From assembly GCA_021513715.1 (NCBI GenBank), contig CP084167.1, forward strand, positions 1,984,001 to 2,048,000: 64,000 nt of DNA, given 5' to 3'. Each line of letters opens with the position of its first letter. Position 1 is the first letter of the stretch. This document shows positions 34,035-43,647 of the stretch, piece by piece. Origin of the DNA: Candidatus Heimdallarchaeum endolithica. GTDB lineage: Archaea; Asgardarchaeota; Heimdallarchaeia; Heimdallarchaeales; Heimdallarchaeaceae. The notes beneath the pieces were generated by a model. That model was given only the letters and a program-made list of their open reading frames with translations. It searched no databases and was not told the origin of the DNA. The position numbers and the translations under genes are program-made.

Positions 34035-34625
34035 TTAATTGTTAAATTTTTTTACATTTTTAAGTAAATGTTTGAATCTATCACTTTTTGTAGTTTTTGT
34101 AACTAGATAACTAAATATTTCTGCAGTAAGGATAGGAATTTCAAATTGATTAAATAAGTTTACAGCTATTTTATAATCAGTTTCATTTCTCGATGAAGTA
34201 GCATCAGAAATGACTATAGGAATAAGGTTATGTTCAAGAGCTCCAAGAGCTGTTTGTAAAACACAAATGTGGGTCTCCACTCCAACAATTATAAAATATT
34301 TTAGAGAGAAATAGGAGTTAAGGTGTTTAACAAAATTTTCATTATCAAAACAATTAAATTCCATCTTTTGAATAACTGTTACCTTATCATCTACAATTGA
34401 ACTTAGAGATCCAATTGTAGATCCTAGTCCCTTTGGATATTGTTCAGTGAAAAAAACAGGAATATTAAAGGCTATGGCATTAGATAATAAAAACTCTATT
34501 TTATTAAGAACATCTTTCCAATTTTTTGTTGCAGACAAAATTGATTGTTGTGCATCAATAACGACAATAACTGAGTTTAAATGATCCATATCATTTAAAT
34601 TTACATTTTTCATAATTTGCTTCAA
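34035..34625 (-). CDS. Isochorismatase-family hydrolase
   Basis: VIDAQ, TEQYPKGLG, GVETHICVLQT motifs. Confidence 0.9.
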   Translation of the reverse strand: MKQIMKNVNLNDMDHLNSVIVVIDAQQSILSATKNWKDVLNKIEFLLSNAIAFNIPVFFTEQYPKGLGSTIGSLSSIVDDKVTVIQKMEFNCFDNENFVKHLNSYFSLKYFIIVGVETHICVLQTALGALEHNLIPIVISDATSSRNETDYKIAVNLFNQFEIPILTAEIFSYLVTKTTKSDRFKHLLKNVKKFNN

Positions 34626-34702
34626 ACTCCTGTGCTAAAAAGTATTTCGAATGGGTTTTGTTTCTTAAAAAGACTTTTATTGCATTGTTCGATAATATTC
34701 AT

Positions 34703-35383
34703 ATGCAAGTTTATCATGTAATTAAAAAAGAACTAAAAGAACTAAAATCTCCATACACTTTTTTAGATGGAGATGTTTATGTTGTTGAAACTGATAATAT
34801 TCTCTGGGTTTGGATTGGTAAAAGGAGCTATGCTGACGACAAAGCTGTAGGTGCGTGGGCAGCCAAGGTTATTGAAGAAAAAAACAAAAAACTAGAGATC
34901 AAAACAATAATGCAAGGTGATGAACCTCCAGAATTTCTAGATATAATAGAATTTGAAGTAAAGAGAGGAGATACACCTGGTTTTCTTAAGCACATAGATA
35001 TAAAGGTAAAGAAGGATTTTCGTCTATTACATATTGAACAAAATGAAAAAGGAGAGGTAATTACTAAAGAAATTCCTATTGAGTATAAATTATTTGAGTC
35101 CGATGATGCATTTGTTCTTGACTTTTATAATGAGATTTACATATGGATAGGTAAAGATTGTCAAGTTAAAGAAAAATATGAAGCAGGAAAAATAGCTAGA
35201 AAGCTAGAAGTTGAACGTAAGAGAACACCCATTGTATATGTTATTGAAGAAGGTGACGAACCAGAAGGATTCAGAGATATGATCACAAAAATGGCTTGGA
35301 GAGATGCTGCACTGGAACTAAGAAACGATGACAAGAAAGAAGATTCTTCTAAAAGAAAAAAATGGTGGCAATTCTGGAAGTAA
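34703..35383 (+). CDS. Two-domain gelsolin-like protein (eukaryotic signature protein) with C-terminal KKWWQFWK
   Basis: Two repeats: GDVYVVE..LWVWIG..QGDEP and DDAFVLD..IYIWIG..EGDEP. Start probably ATG 34703. Confidence 0.88.
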   Translation: MQVYHVIKKELKELKSPYTFLDGDVYVVETDNILWVWIGKRSYADDKAVGAWAAKVIEEKNKKLEIKTIMQGDEPPEFLDIIEFEVKRGDTPGFLKHIDIKVKKDFRLLHIEQNEKGEVITKEIPIEYKLFESDDAFVLDFYNEIYIWIGKDCQVKEKYEAGKIARKLEVERKRTPIVYVIEEGDEPEGFRDMITKMAWRDAALELRNDDKKEDSSKRKKWWQFWK

Positions 35384-35540
35384 CTCCTTTTATAATTCTT
35401 TATCCAAAACTTGCCAATATTTATTGCTGAGTTTATATACTATTTTCTCTTTTTTACTATTAGCTACGAATTTCATATTCAATATATGGATTCGTATGGA
35501 GTAAAAACATACTACCACCAAAATGTCATCACACATAGCT

Positions 35541-35597
35541 AGAAGTTCGCACAGCGGTCACAGAGGGTGGCTCTGTAGAGGGTGTGCAAACTCTTCT
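35541..35597. other. Long GC-rich hairpin upstream of the RHH regulator
   Basis: AGAAGTTCGCACA/TGTGCAAACTCTTCT plus ACAGAG/CTCTGT with a 6x6 internal loop, followed by a pyrimidine run. Confidence 0.45.
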
Positions 35598-35733
35598 CTT
35601 CTCTTTTCTTTTTTTATTTTATCTAAATTCTAAAAGATAATTCACAATAAATACAACTTATATTACCCACGTAAACCGAGAAGGACATATGAGTACATGT
35701 ATAGGTGTTTTTCAAGTATTACATGGAATTTAA

Positions 35734-35955
35734 ATGTCATCTACAGATGAAATATCAAAGGTGATTAGAATTAAACTTGTAACTGTTCATTTACCATCTG
35801 AATTTCTTAATAGTTTGGATGAACTTGTTCGCCAAAAGCGTTATCCAAATAGAAGTGAAATAATTAGGGTGGCTATTCGAGATTTACTTAAAGAAGAGTT
35901 TTGGGGACAACAAAAGAACGTATATAATGGAACCATCAAAGAAAATGCATATTAA
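35734..35955 (+). CDS. Ribbon-helix-helix transcription regulator (CopG/CdrS/aCcr1-like)
   Basis: LVTVHLP..LDELV...YPNRSEIIRVAIRDLL. Confidence 0.88.
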   Translation: MSSTDEISKVIRIKLVTVHLPSEFLNSLDELVRQKRYPNRSEIIRVAIRDLLKEEFWGQQKNVYNGTIKENAY

Positions 35956-36011
35956 ACACACGCTTTTTATTTTTCTCGAAAGCCACTTTTATTTTCTTCA
36001 AAAGAGAATGA

Positions 36012-36692
36012 TTAGAAGTGTATTTGAAATGATCTAATTATTTTCTCATATATAGATAAAATGGAACCTTCTCCTAGAGTCTTCTTCTTTCGAATTGATT
36101 CTAATACATCGTCAACTGTTTCTGCATCTTTTGGAACAAGAGTATAAGCTAAGCCTATATCTTTAACTCTATGGCTATCACTTCCTCCTGTTTGTGCTAA
36201 GGAATTTTTTTCTGCAAAATTTCTTGCTTTGTTATTAAAAACTTTAGTTATACATGATGCATTTACTGTTTCAATGGCGAGATTAGAAAAATTCACTTTT
36301 GTTATTTTTCGTCCTATTCCTTTTCTTAAAAAGTCAAATGGATGAGGAACAACAATTTCTCCCCCATAGTCAAATATTTGTTCTATTGTTTCTGCGATCG
36401 ATTTGTTTTTTTCTATTAGTTCAGATACCCCTAGTCCTATTAAATGCCCATTAGAAGTTGAAATCTCTATTCCAGGTATAATTAATAAATTTGTTTCCTC
36501 CCGAATACTTTTGTGAAAAGATACAGTATTATGGTCTGTTATTGCTAGACCAGATAAACCTATTTTTTCAGCTTGCTTGAAAATATCTTTTGGTTTACTT
36601 TTGCAATCATAGGAATAGAAACTGTGAACATGCAAATCAAAGAGACTATACTCCTCATTTGCTTTTTTAGAGTCAATGATCAACTTTTTCAC
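36012..36692 (-). CDS. PHP-domain phosphoesterase
   Basis: DLHVHS, ITDHN, GIEIST..GH, PHPF, GGSDSH motifs. Confidence 0.9.
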   Translation of the reverse strand: MKKLIIDSKKANEEYSLFDLHVHSFYSYDCKSKPKDIFKQAEKIGLSGLAITDHNTVSFHKSIREETNLLIIPGIEISTSNGHLIGLGVSELIEKNKSIAETIEQIFDYGGEIVVPHPFDFLRKGIGRKITKVNFSNLAIETVNASCITKVFNNKARNFAEKNSLAQTGGSDSHRVKDIGLAYTLVPKDAETVDDVLESIRKKKTLGEGSILSIYEKIIRSFQIHF

Positions 36693-36694
36693 CG

Positions 36695-37369
36695 TTAGCT
36701 ACTTTCTTCTTTCTTTTTCTTTTCTTCTTCGAATATGATACGTTCAAGCTCATCTAAATCAGTAATTTGAGCATAATCACCAATACTTTGAGACGACCAA
36801 AATGCTGCTTTTTTTTCACTTAATTCTCTCATCTGACGTTCTATAAAATTATAAACTGTACTGTGTTTTGCACCGTGTATAAGTCTTATCACCGCAGTCC
36901 TTGCTATTTCCACATACCTTAACTCTCCAATTATTCCTACTGTGTTGTGATATACTGAGATATATGTCCGTGTCGCTTGTTCAATAAAATTTCTTGTACT
37001 ACCTTTTCTTCCAATTACACGCGAACGGACATTCCTCAATGCATTTGAAGATGTCCCTACTATTTCTCTCAAACTGATAATTTCAAAAATATAATTTGGT
37101 TGCATAATTGTATATGCTCTTTGTGGACTAAAACCACGTCCAATAGCTTTAACGATATCTCTAGCTTTCCATAAATTAATTGGATCATCAAGTTCTTCCT
37201 CAGCAAGGATGACAACATCACCATTATTACTATCAATTTTCAAAATACAACCGGTTAAATCTTCAATATGTTTTTTTGTAGAACCTTTTGGTCCAATAAG
37301 AACGGCAATACGTTCAAGAGGCAATCTAACTAAAAATTCTCCTGACATTTTTTTCACTTCATAACTCAA
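36695..37369 (-). CDS. KH-domain pre-rRNA processing protein (Dim2/PNO1-like)
   Basis: LIGPKG, AIGRGFSP, RVIGRKG, GAKHSTVY; adjacent to RIO1. Confidence 0.9.
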   Translation of the reverse strand: MSYEVKKMSGEFLVRLPLERIAVLIGPKGSTKKHIEDLTGCILKIDSNNGDVVILAEEELDDPINLWKARDIVKAIGRGFSPQRAYTIMQPNYIFEIISLREIVGTSSNALRNVRSRVIGRKGSTRNFIEQATRTYISVYHNTVGIIGELRYVEIARTAVIRLIHGAKHSTVYNFIERQMRELSEKKAAFWSSQSIGDYAQITDLDELERIIFEEEKKKKEESS

Positions 37370-38219
37370 TTTTTATTTTTGGATCAGGTTTAAATCCTGT
37401 CACATGTTCAAACAATTCATCATTTTCGAGAACATCTACACCTATGGAACCAAAAAAACGATTGATATTTGAAATATCACGATATAAGAAAAAGTAAGCA
37501 TTAGGATGATCAAGAAGTACTGCCTGTGATACATCAATTATCACAGGTTCTTTATTATAATAGAGAATATTGTATTCACTCAAATCTGCGTGAACCATTT
37601 TTCCTTCGTTATATAATCTAGAAATATAATCTACCATTTTACTATATATTTTTCCTTTTCTTTTGCTTCTTATTTTTACATCCTTTAATAACGGGGCAGC
37701 TTCTCTTTTTTTTCCTATAAAATCCATAACTAGGACATTCTTTCTAACAATTATTGGAGACGGAACAGCTATTTTTATTGAACTCATTCTTTGGAGATTC
37801 TTAAATTCTTTTTTTGCCCAAAGATAAATGAAAGAATAAGTTCCCTTTTTATACCTTTTAAAACGGGGATCTCCTTCTAAATATCTCCAATTTTGCTTAA
37901 AAATATTTGTAGTTGTTCGATATATCTTAATCGCTAATTCTTTTCCATTTTCTCCATAAGCGTGATAAACATTTGCTTCTTTGCCAGTAGAAACAACGTG
38001 GCTTATTTCTTTAATAATACCTTTATTCATTAGAGAAACAATAAGTAAAGCAGTTTGTTCGTCAAAAACACTTTCAATTACTTGTAGTGCTTTTTCATCT
38101 TTAGTGCGAATACGAGACTTGTCTATTTTCGCATCTAAATGACGAACATCATACTTTTCTGTTTTATTCATATTTATCATCCCTTTTTCATTATTTTTAC
38201 TGACAGGTTTTGTTGACAA
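37359..38219 (-). CDS. rio1: RIO1 serine/threonine kinase
   Basis: STGKEANVY, HADLSEYNIL, IIDVSQAV motifs. True start probably slightly downstream. Confidence 0.94.
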   Translation of the reverse strand: MSTKPVSKNNEKGMINMNKTEKYDVRHLDAKIDKSRIRTKDEKALQVIESVFDEQTALLIVSLMNKGIIKEISHVVSTGKEANVYHAYGENGKELAIKIYRTTTNIFKQNWRYLEGDPRFKRYKKGTYSFIYLWAKKEFKNLQRMSSIKIAVPSPIIVRKNVLVMDFIGKKREAAPLLKDVKIRSKRKGKIYSKMVDYISRLYNEGKMVHADLSEYNILYYNKEPVIIDVSQAVLLDHPNAYFFLYRDISNINRFFGSIGVDVLENDELFEHVTGFKPDPKIKIEL

Positions 38220-38368
38220 TGGAAGTGATTTTCACTGATTTATTAGCTATAATTCAAGGAGATTTTAAAGCTAAATAAAATTGTTGTTTAGCGTTTATCT
38301 CAGTTTTGTTAAACAAAATTTCATTTTATTATCTTAAAATAGTATTAAAATATTTATTATAACGTCAT

Positions 38369-38710
38369 CTAACTCACAAAATCTTCAGGAACATACCCAT
38401 TTTTTATTAACCATGATACTTCATTGTTTTTGTATCGATAGACCAACTCACCTTTTTCATCAGGATTCATTCCATATAAAGGCATTACAACTATAAGATC
38501 TCCAATTCTACACCACATTCTTTTTCTATATTTTCCAGGTATTCTTACTTGACGAGTATTACCATCTAAACAACGAACCAATAAAATACCTGCTCCGAGT
38601 ATTTGAACAACTACTCCAAACACTTCTCCTTCTTCTGGTAGTCTTGCTCTAATTGCATCAGACGATTCTACTTCCCAAGCCCCACTTTTACTTTTACTTT
38701 TTTTATTCAC
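38369..38710 (-). CDS. eif1a: Translation initiation factor aIF1A
   Basis: RLPEEGEVFGVV..LG..RIPGKYRKRMW; aIF1A-RIO1-Dim2 synteny. Confidence 0.93.
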   Translation of the reverse strand: MNKKSKSKSGAWEVESSDAIRARLPEEGEVFGVVVQILGAGILLVRCLDGNTRQVRIPGKYRKRMWCRIGDLIVVMPLYGMNPDEKGELVYRYKNNEVSWLIKNGYVPEDFVS

Positions 38711-38855
38711 TTTTATTTCCTCTGAAAGTTTTCAGTGATATAATATTTAACATTCAATTTAAATTGTTTTTGTTTCATCTAGATTTAAAATTATTATAAA
38801 CAATTAACGAAACAGAAAAAAAGGCAAATGTAATCTTCTTTTTAAGGAGATTATA

Positions 38856-39266
38856 ATGAGTTATGACGAATTATTGAAAAGAGCACGAAAACAACTACCA
38901 GAAAAAGTATTCGAAGAAGATCGTTTCAAGATACCAAAAGTGCAAGCTGTTATTGAAGGGAACAAAACTATTGTTACTAATTTCAAGCAAATAGCTACTT
39001 TAATTAACAGAGAAGAAAATCACTTGTTAAAGTATTTAGCAGGAGAACTTGCTACATCAGCAGCAATTGAAGGAAGTAGAGCTGTTTTTGCAGGAAAACA
39101 TTCAAGATACAATTTACAAAAATTGTTAGAAAAGTATCTAGAAGAATATGTTCGATGTGGAGAATGTCACAAGTATGACACACATTTCGAGACTATCTCA
39201 AGAATCCTTTACAAACGATGTGAAGCATGCGGAGCAACAACAGCAGTAAAACCATTAAGAAAATAA
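38856..39266 (+). CDS. eif2b: Translation initiation factor aIF2 beta subunit
   Basis: YDELLKRA, EGNKT, ELAT and a C-terminal zinc ribbon. Confidence 0.94.
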   Translation: MSYDELLKRARKQLPEKVFEEDRFKIPKVQAVIEGNKTIVTNFKQIATLINREENHLLKYLAGELATSAAIEGSRAVFAGKHSRYNLQKLLEKYLEEYVRCGECHKYDTHFETISRILYKRCEACGATTAVKPLRK

Positions 39267-39293
39267 TTCCATTTTTTTCAAGGATTTGTTTTT

Positions 39294-39617
39294 ATGGGTT
39301 CTAGAAATTATTACATCAAGATTTATTCTCATCAAACTGAGAGACTTGTTGCAATTTGTGATGAGGATATAATGGAGCTATCCTTAGAATCCAGAGGAGT
39401 AAAAATAAAACCTACTAAAAAGTTCTATGGCGAACAATTAGTAACTGAAGCAGAGGTTCTTACAGCATTAAAAGAATGTACATCAGCAAATGTTATTGGA
39501 AGAAGAATCATTGATCTCCTTATTAAACACAACATTATTCACAAGGAAGCAATCTTATGGATTGACCATCCAGATAAATCAGAAAAGAGAATAGGTCATG
39601 CTATATTAATCAAATAA
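39294..39617 (+). CDS. DUF424-family protein
   Basis: LVAICDEDI...FYG...ANVIG; typical neighbour of aIF2 beta and NMD3. Confidence 0.8.
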   Translation: MGSRNYYIKIYSHQTERLVAICDEDIMELSLESRGVKIKPTKKFYGEQLVTEAEVLTALKECTSANVIGRRIIDLLIKHNIIHKEAILWIDHPDKSEKRIGHAILIK

Positions 39618-39655
39618 AGTAGAGTAAATATATTAAAAGAGTATAGTGACCTTAG

Positions 39656-40774
39656 ATGACTAAAGGAAGATTTTGCGCTATTTGTGGGACTACAAAAGGA
39701 CCTTTTGTTAAAAATTTATGCGAAGAATGTTATTTTAAGGAGTATACTATCGACGTTAAACTACCAAAACAGCTTATTTTTAAGCTATGTCCCTCTTGTG
39801 GTACAATTAGTATCACAGGAATGAGTGTAAACCCCTTTTTAGTCGAACAAGATTTTGATATTGTTCTTCGCGAATTAGCTAGAAGTAAGATTACAGAAAA
39901 TATTAAGAGCGATATTCCTTTTCGATACGAGTTCAAGGAAGACGATATTTCCTTAGAAAAAATAAATCAAGGATACAAAAAATTCAAAATAATTATAATT
40001 TTTTATTTTAAACCAGAAATTCAATTTAGAGAAATAGAAAAAGAGTTTGAAGTTGAAATTAAAATTAGAAAAGCTACTTGTGAGCAGTGTATAAGATATA
40101 AAACAGGATATCATGAAGCTGTTCTTCAAGTTAGGGGGACAAATAGAAAACTTCATGAAACAGAAGAAAAAGAAGTTGAGGATCTCCTACAGCAAGAGTT
40201 AGAAAACAGCTCATCTAATTCAAATTACCTCACAGATATTCAAATTAATAAGGATGGTGTTACAGCTAACGTGAGCACAAAACTCTTTGCGGAAGAACTA
40301 GCAAAAAAAATAAAAGAAAAAATGGCTGCAAGATACTCTGTTGCGTATACTTTAGTTACACAAACGCGAGACAAACAAGACGTATATAGAAACACCTACC
40401 TTGTAAAACTTCCTGAATTCATAAAGGGAGACATTGTTAACTTTGCAGATAAAACATGGATTGTAATCAACACAAAAGCAGAAGAAGTAATATTACTCTC
40501 ACTTGAAGAACATAAAGAAAAAAAAATCAATAGAAAAAAGTTCGAGAAAACTGCAAAAAAAAGAAATGATGAAATATTCGAGAGAGAATACATGTATTTA
40601 TCTGATGAGGGAGATAGTATCCTTGTAATGACAATGGATACATATGAAAATTTCGAGGAACCTAAAGATAAAATTCCAAAAGAGATGCAAATAGGAGAAA
40701 CACTGAAAGGATTTATCCTTGATGAGAAAAATTACTACTTCCCAAAAAAAGTGAAACCAAACAAAAAATCGTAA
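39656..40774 (+). CDS. NMD3-family ribosome maturation protein
   Basis: Four CxxC pairs, YHEAVLQVRG, C-terminal eIF5A-like OB region. Confidence 0.88.
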   Translation: MTKGRFCAICGTTKGPFVKNLCEECYFKEYTIDVKLPKQLIFKLCPSCGTISITGMSVNPFLVEQDFDIVLRELARSKITENIKSDIPFRYEFKEDDISLEKINQGYKKFKIIIIFYFKPEIQFREIEKEFEVEIKIRKATCEQCIRYKTGYHEAVLQVRGTNRKLHETEEKEVEDLLQQELENSSSNSNYLTDIQINKDGVTANVSTKLFAEELAKKIKEKMAARYSVAYTLVTQTRDKQDVYRNTYLVKLPEFIKGDIVNFADKTWIVINTKAEEVILLSLEEHKEKKINRKKFEKTAKKRNDEIFEREYMYLSDEGDSILVMTMDTYENFEEPKDKIPKEMQIGETLKGFILDEKNYYFPKKVKPNKKS

Positions 40775-40805
40775 TATTTTTAACAAAAAGAAAGAATGAA
40801 GAAGA

Positions 40806-42596
40806 TTATTCAACCAATTTTTCTAATTCATTGACAAAATGTTCATATTGCTTCATACCTAAATCCCAAAACTCAGGTTTTGTAATATCAACACCCATTA
40901 TTTCTCCAAGTTCTTTTGGAGATTTACTTCCTCCTAAAGATAATAATTGTTTGAATTTAGGAATGAATTCTTTTCCTTCTTTAATATATTTTTGATAAAG
41001 GCTGTAGACGAAAAGTTGTGCAAAAACATAAGGATAATTATAGAATCTGAAATTAGCCATAAAGTAATGAGGTTTCATACACCATTCCCACTTCATTTCA
41101 TCGAACCATTCCATCGCGTCACCATATATTTTATCTCGTCCTTTTACCCAGTATTTCGCTATTGTCTCACCATTCAAGAACTCCCCTCTTTCTACAGCTT
41201 CATAAAGGTCTTTCTCGAAGAAAACTCTTGCACTCACTTGAAATATTGCCATTCCAGCTCCATCTAATACTCGTGCCAAGATTTCCTTTTTCATTTCTTT
41301 ATCTTCTATCTCATTTAGTAACATGTCAGTTAAAAGTAACTCTCCAAATATTGATGCTGTTTCTGCTGTAACCATCGGAGCTCTTGAATTGAGTATTGTT
41401 TGATTTCTGAAAGCGTAGTAATTATGCGTAGCATGCCCCAATTCATGAGCTAGAGTATATATGTCCCTTAACGATTTACTGAATGTTTGTAAGATGTAGG
41501 AATTCTTTTTCTTATATACCCCACTGCAAAATGCTCCATTTCTTTTTCCGAATCTGGGACTAGCATCAATATGATTTTTTTCAAACATCTCTTTTGTTGA
41601 TGTTGCATACTCCTCATCAAATTGTTGATAAGCTTTGATTACTAAATCACGAGCTTCTTCCCAATTATATTCTTTAACCATTGTAGAAATAGGGGCAACA
41701 ACGTCCCAATTTTTTAGAGGAGCTTCTTGTCCCATAATTTTAGCTTTTAGTTTTAGATATCGTTGATAAAGTGAAGAGTTTTTTTCTATTGCTATCATTA
41801 AATTATCTATAATTTCCTGATCTACGTCATTTACGATTAGACTTTGATGCATTGGCGAATCATATTTACGCATTTTTGACACTTGTACCCAATCTGCACA
41901 GATATTTCTCAGTGCACTAGAAAAAATAATTTCATCTTTTCCTAATCCACCATAGATAGCTCTATAAGCTGATTCTCTTGTTTTTTGATCTGGGTGAGCT
42001 AACAATCCATTTGCTTCTCCATAAGTAAGTTTCTTTTTTTCGCCCAAGACTTCTACTTCAAAGAAACGAGTGTTCAGCCATTGAGATTGAAGTTGAGACC
42101 AACCACTTACACCATATTTATCTTTTTCAATAATGATCTTTTCTTCTGCTTCAGAGAGCATATGAGGTGCATGACGTTTTACCTTTTCTAAATAGTGTGA
42201 GTATTCTTTTAATACAGGAGAATCAATTAAACTTTCATTTGCTAAGAGAAGTTTACCTAGTTCGATGTCCACAAAAGCAAGTTTTTTTTCTATTTCAGAG
42301 GTTATTTCTCTCATTTCATTAAACAATTTTTGATTTTCAATGGTGGTCATATTTGCAGAGAAAGTTAAACCTGCAAATTGAGCATATTCACTTAGATTCA
42401 TCATTAATTCTTCTATGTCACGTAATAACTCTAAGAGTTGATTTTCTGTGAAATCAGATGAATTTATTTTTCCTTTATATTTTTGTTTAATTTCATCCAC
42501 TGTCTTGTGTAACCATTCAACTCTCTCCTTGAGAGTCGGATCTTCTGCAGAATCAAATAATTCTGTTAAATCCCAAGCTATTTCATTTTGATTCAT
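40806..42596 (-). CDS. pepF: Oligoendopeptidase F (M3B)
   Basis: WDLTEL, GKRNGAFC, TLAHELGHATH, AETAS, FYNYPY motifs. Confidence 0.92.
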   Translation of the reverse strand: MNQNEIAWDLTELFDSAEDPTLKERVEWLHKTVDEIKQKYKGKINSSDFTENQLLELLRDIEELMMNLSEYAQFAGLTFSANMTTIENQKLFNEMREITSEIEKKLAFVDIELGKLLLANESLIDSPVLKEYSHYLEKVKRHAPHMLSEAEEKIIIEKDKYGVSGWSQLQSQWLNTRFFEVEVLGEKKKLTYGEANGLLAHPDQKTRESAYRAIYGGLGKDEIIFSSALRNICADWVQVSKMRKYDSPMHQSLIVNDVDQEIIDNLMIAIEKNSSLYQRYLKLKAKIMGQEAPLKNWDVVAPISTMVKEYNWEEARDLVIKAYQQFDEEYATSTKEMFEKNHIDASPRFGKRNGAFCSGVYKKKNSYILQTFSKSLRDIYTLAHELGHATHNYYAFRNQTILNSRAPMVTAETASIFGELLLTDMLLNEIEDKEMKKEILARVLDGAGMAIFQVSARVFFEKDLYEAVERGEFLNGETIAKYWVKGRDKIYGDAMEWFDEMKWEWCMKPHYFMANFRFYNYPYVFAQLFVYSLYQKYIKEGKEFIPKFKQLLSLGGSKSPKELGEIMGVDITKPEFWDLGMKQYEHFVNELEKLVE

Positions 42597-42706
42597 TGGT
42601 ATCAGAAACTAAAGAAATTAAGCACTATAAAAGATTATTGTCGGACAAAAAAAAATTTGAACGGAACTAATTCATAAAAATAAAAGAAGAAAGATAAATA
42701 ATTAAT

Positions 42707-43609
42707 CTACCTTTTTCGCTTCTTATTGGCTAACAACAAACCTGCAACGATAATTGGGGACATAATAGCAATTCCCCAAGGATATGGAGTTTCAGTTAGA
42801 GTTGGAGTTGATGTGGAGGTTGGTGTAGGTGTTACTTCACTAGGTTTATCCCATGCATATTTGATATCAACGTTAAACGGACTTTGATAGCCAAAATCAT
42901 CTGTAGCTATTGAGCGTATTTTTAAGATTAAGGCATTAAATATACCTACCTCTGCATCAAATGATAATGTAAGATTTAATTTAAAGTCAGTAAGGTTCGT
43001 TGGTAATTGCATTGGAAATCCCATTCCACTTCCAAGTGAACCAGTAAGTTGCGTTATTAGTTCTTCTTCTACTTTAGGAGTATATAGGTCGATTTTTAGA
43101 GAGAGAAGTTCGGTATCTAAAAGTGAATAAATAGCAATAATTGTATCATTGCTCATAGAGGTTGTATTCAAGAGTTCATCAAAGTCACCAAACATTGTAG
43201 AAGTTTGATTTACCAATTCACCTAGATAATTTAGATAGTCCGTTGAATCAAATTGAAGAGGTAAAGCAACAGGTAATCCAACAGGAAGAATAAATGTACC
43301 ATTTTCATTAGTCGTTACCTCGAAATTTGTCGAGTTTGTGGATAATAATTCATCGTTTGTAGCATTATAAACATTGTAAGTGTAGCCAGTATCATTCAAT
43401 TCCGTGAATTTTACGTAGATATTAAATTGTGCTTTTACAAATTTGGTATAATCTGTATCAGCGATACTGAAATTTAAGAGTTCGAAATTATATTCTTTAT
43501 CTACTTCTACACCCCAAGTTGCTGCTGCACTTGCAGGATTAATAACTAGCGGACTTAAAGTAAGAATAAATAGAACCATAAATAGATATTTTTTTTCCAT
43601 TCTAATCAC
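42707..43609 (-). CDS. Exported cell-surface glycoprotein-like protein with PT-rich linker and C-terminal sorting-signal-like tail
   Basis: Signal peptide, many NxS/T sequons, TPTPTSTSTPT linker, TPYPW followed by a TM helix and KKRKR (PGF-CTERM-like architecture). Confidence 0.7.
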   Translation of the reverse strand: MIRMEKKYLFMVLFILTLSPLVINPASAAATWGVEVDKEYNFELLNFSIADTDYTKFVKAQFNIYVKFTELNDTGYTYNVYNATNDELLSTNSTNFEVTTNENGTFILPVGLPVALPLQFDSTDYLNYLGELVNQTSTMFGDFDELLNTTSMSNDTIIAIYSLLDTELLSLKIDLYTPKVEEELITQLTGSLGSGMGFPMQLPTNLTDFKLNLTLSFDAEVGIFNALILKIRSIATDDFGYQSPFNVDIKYAWDKPSEVTPTPTSTSTPTLTETPYPWGIAIMSPIIVAGLLLANKKRKR

Positions 43610-43647
43610 TGTTTAATATTTATGTAAAAAACTAATTAAAAAGGTAT

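Noticed and set aside
35523-35633. Small ORF containing CRGC
   Set aside because: Very short, coincides with the hairpin and pyrimidine tract, and has no other support.
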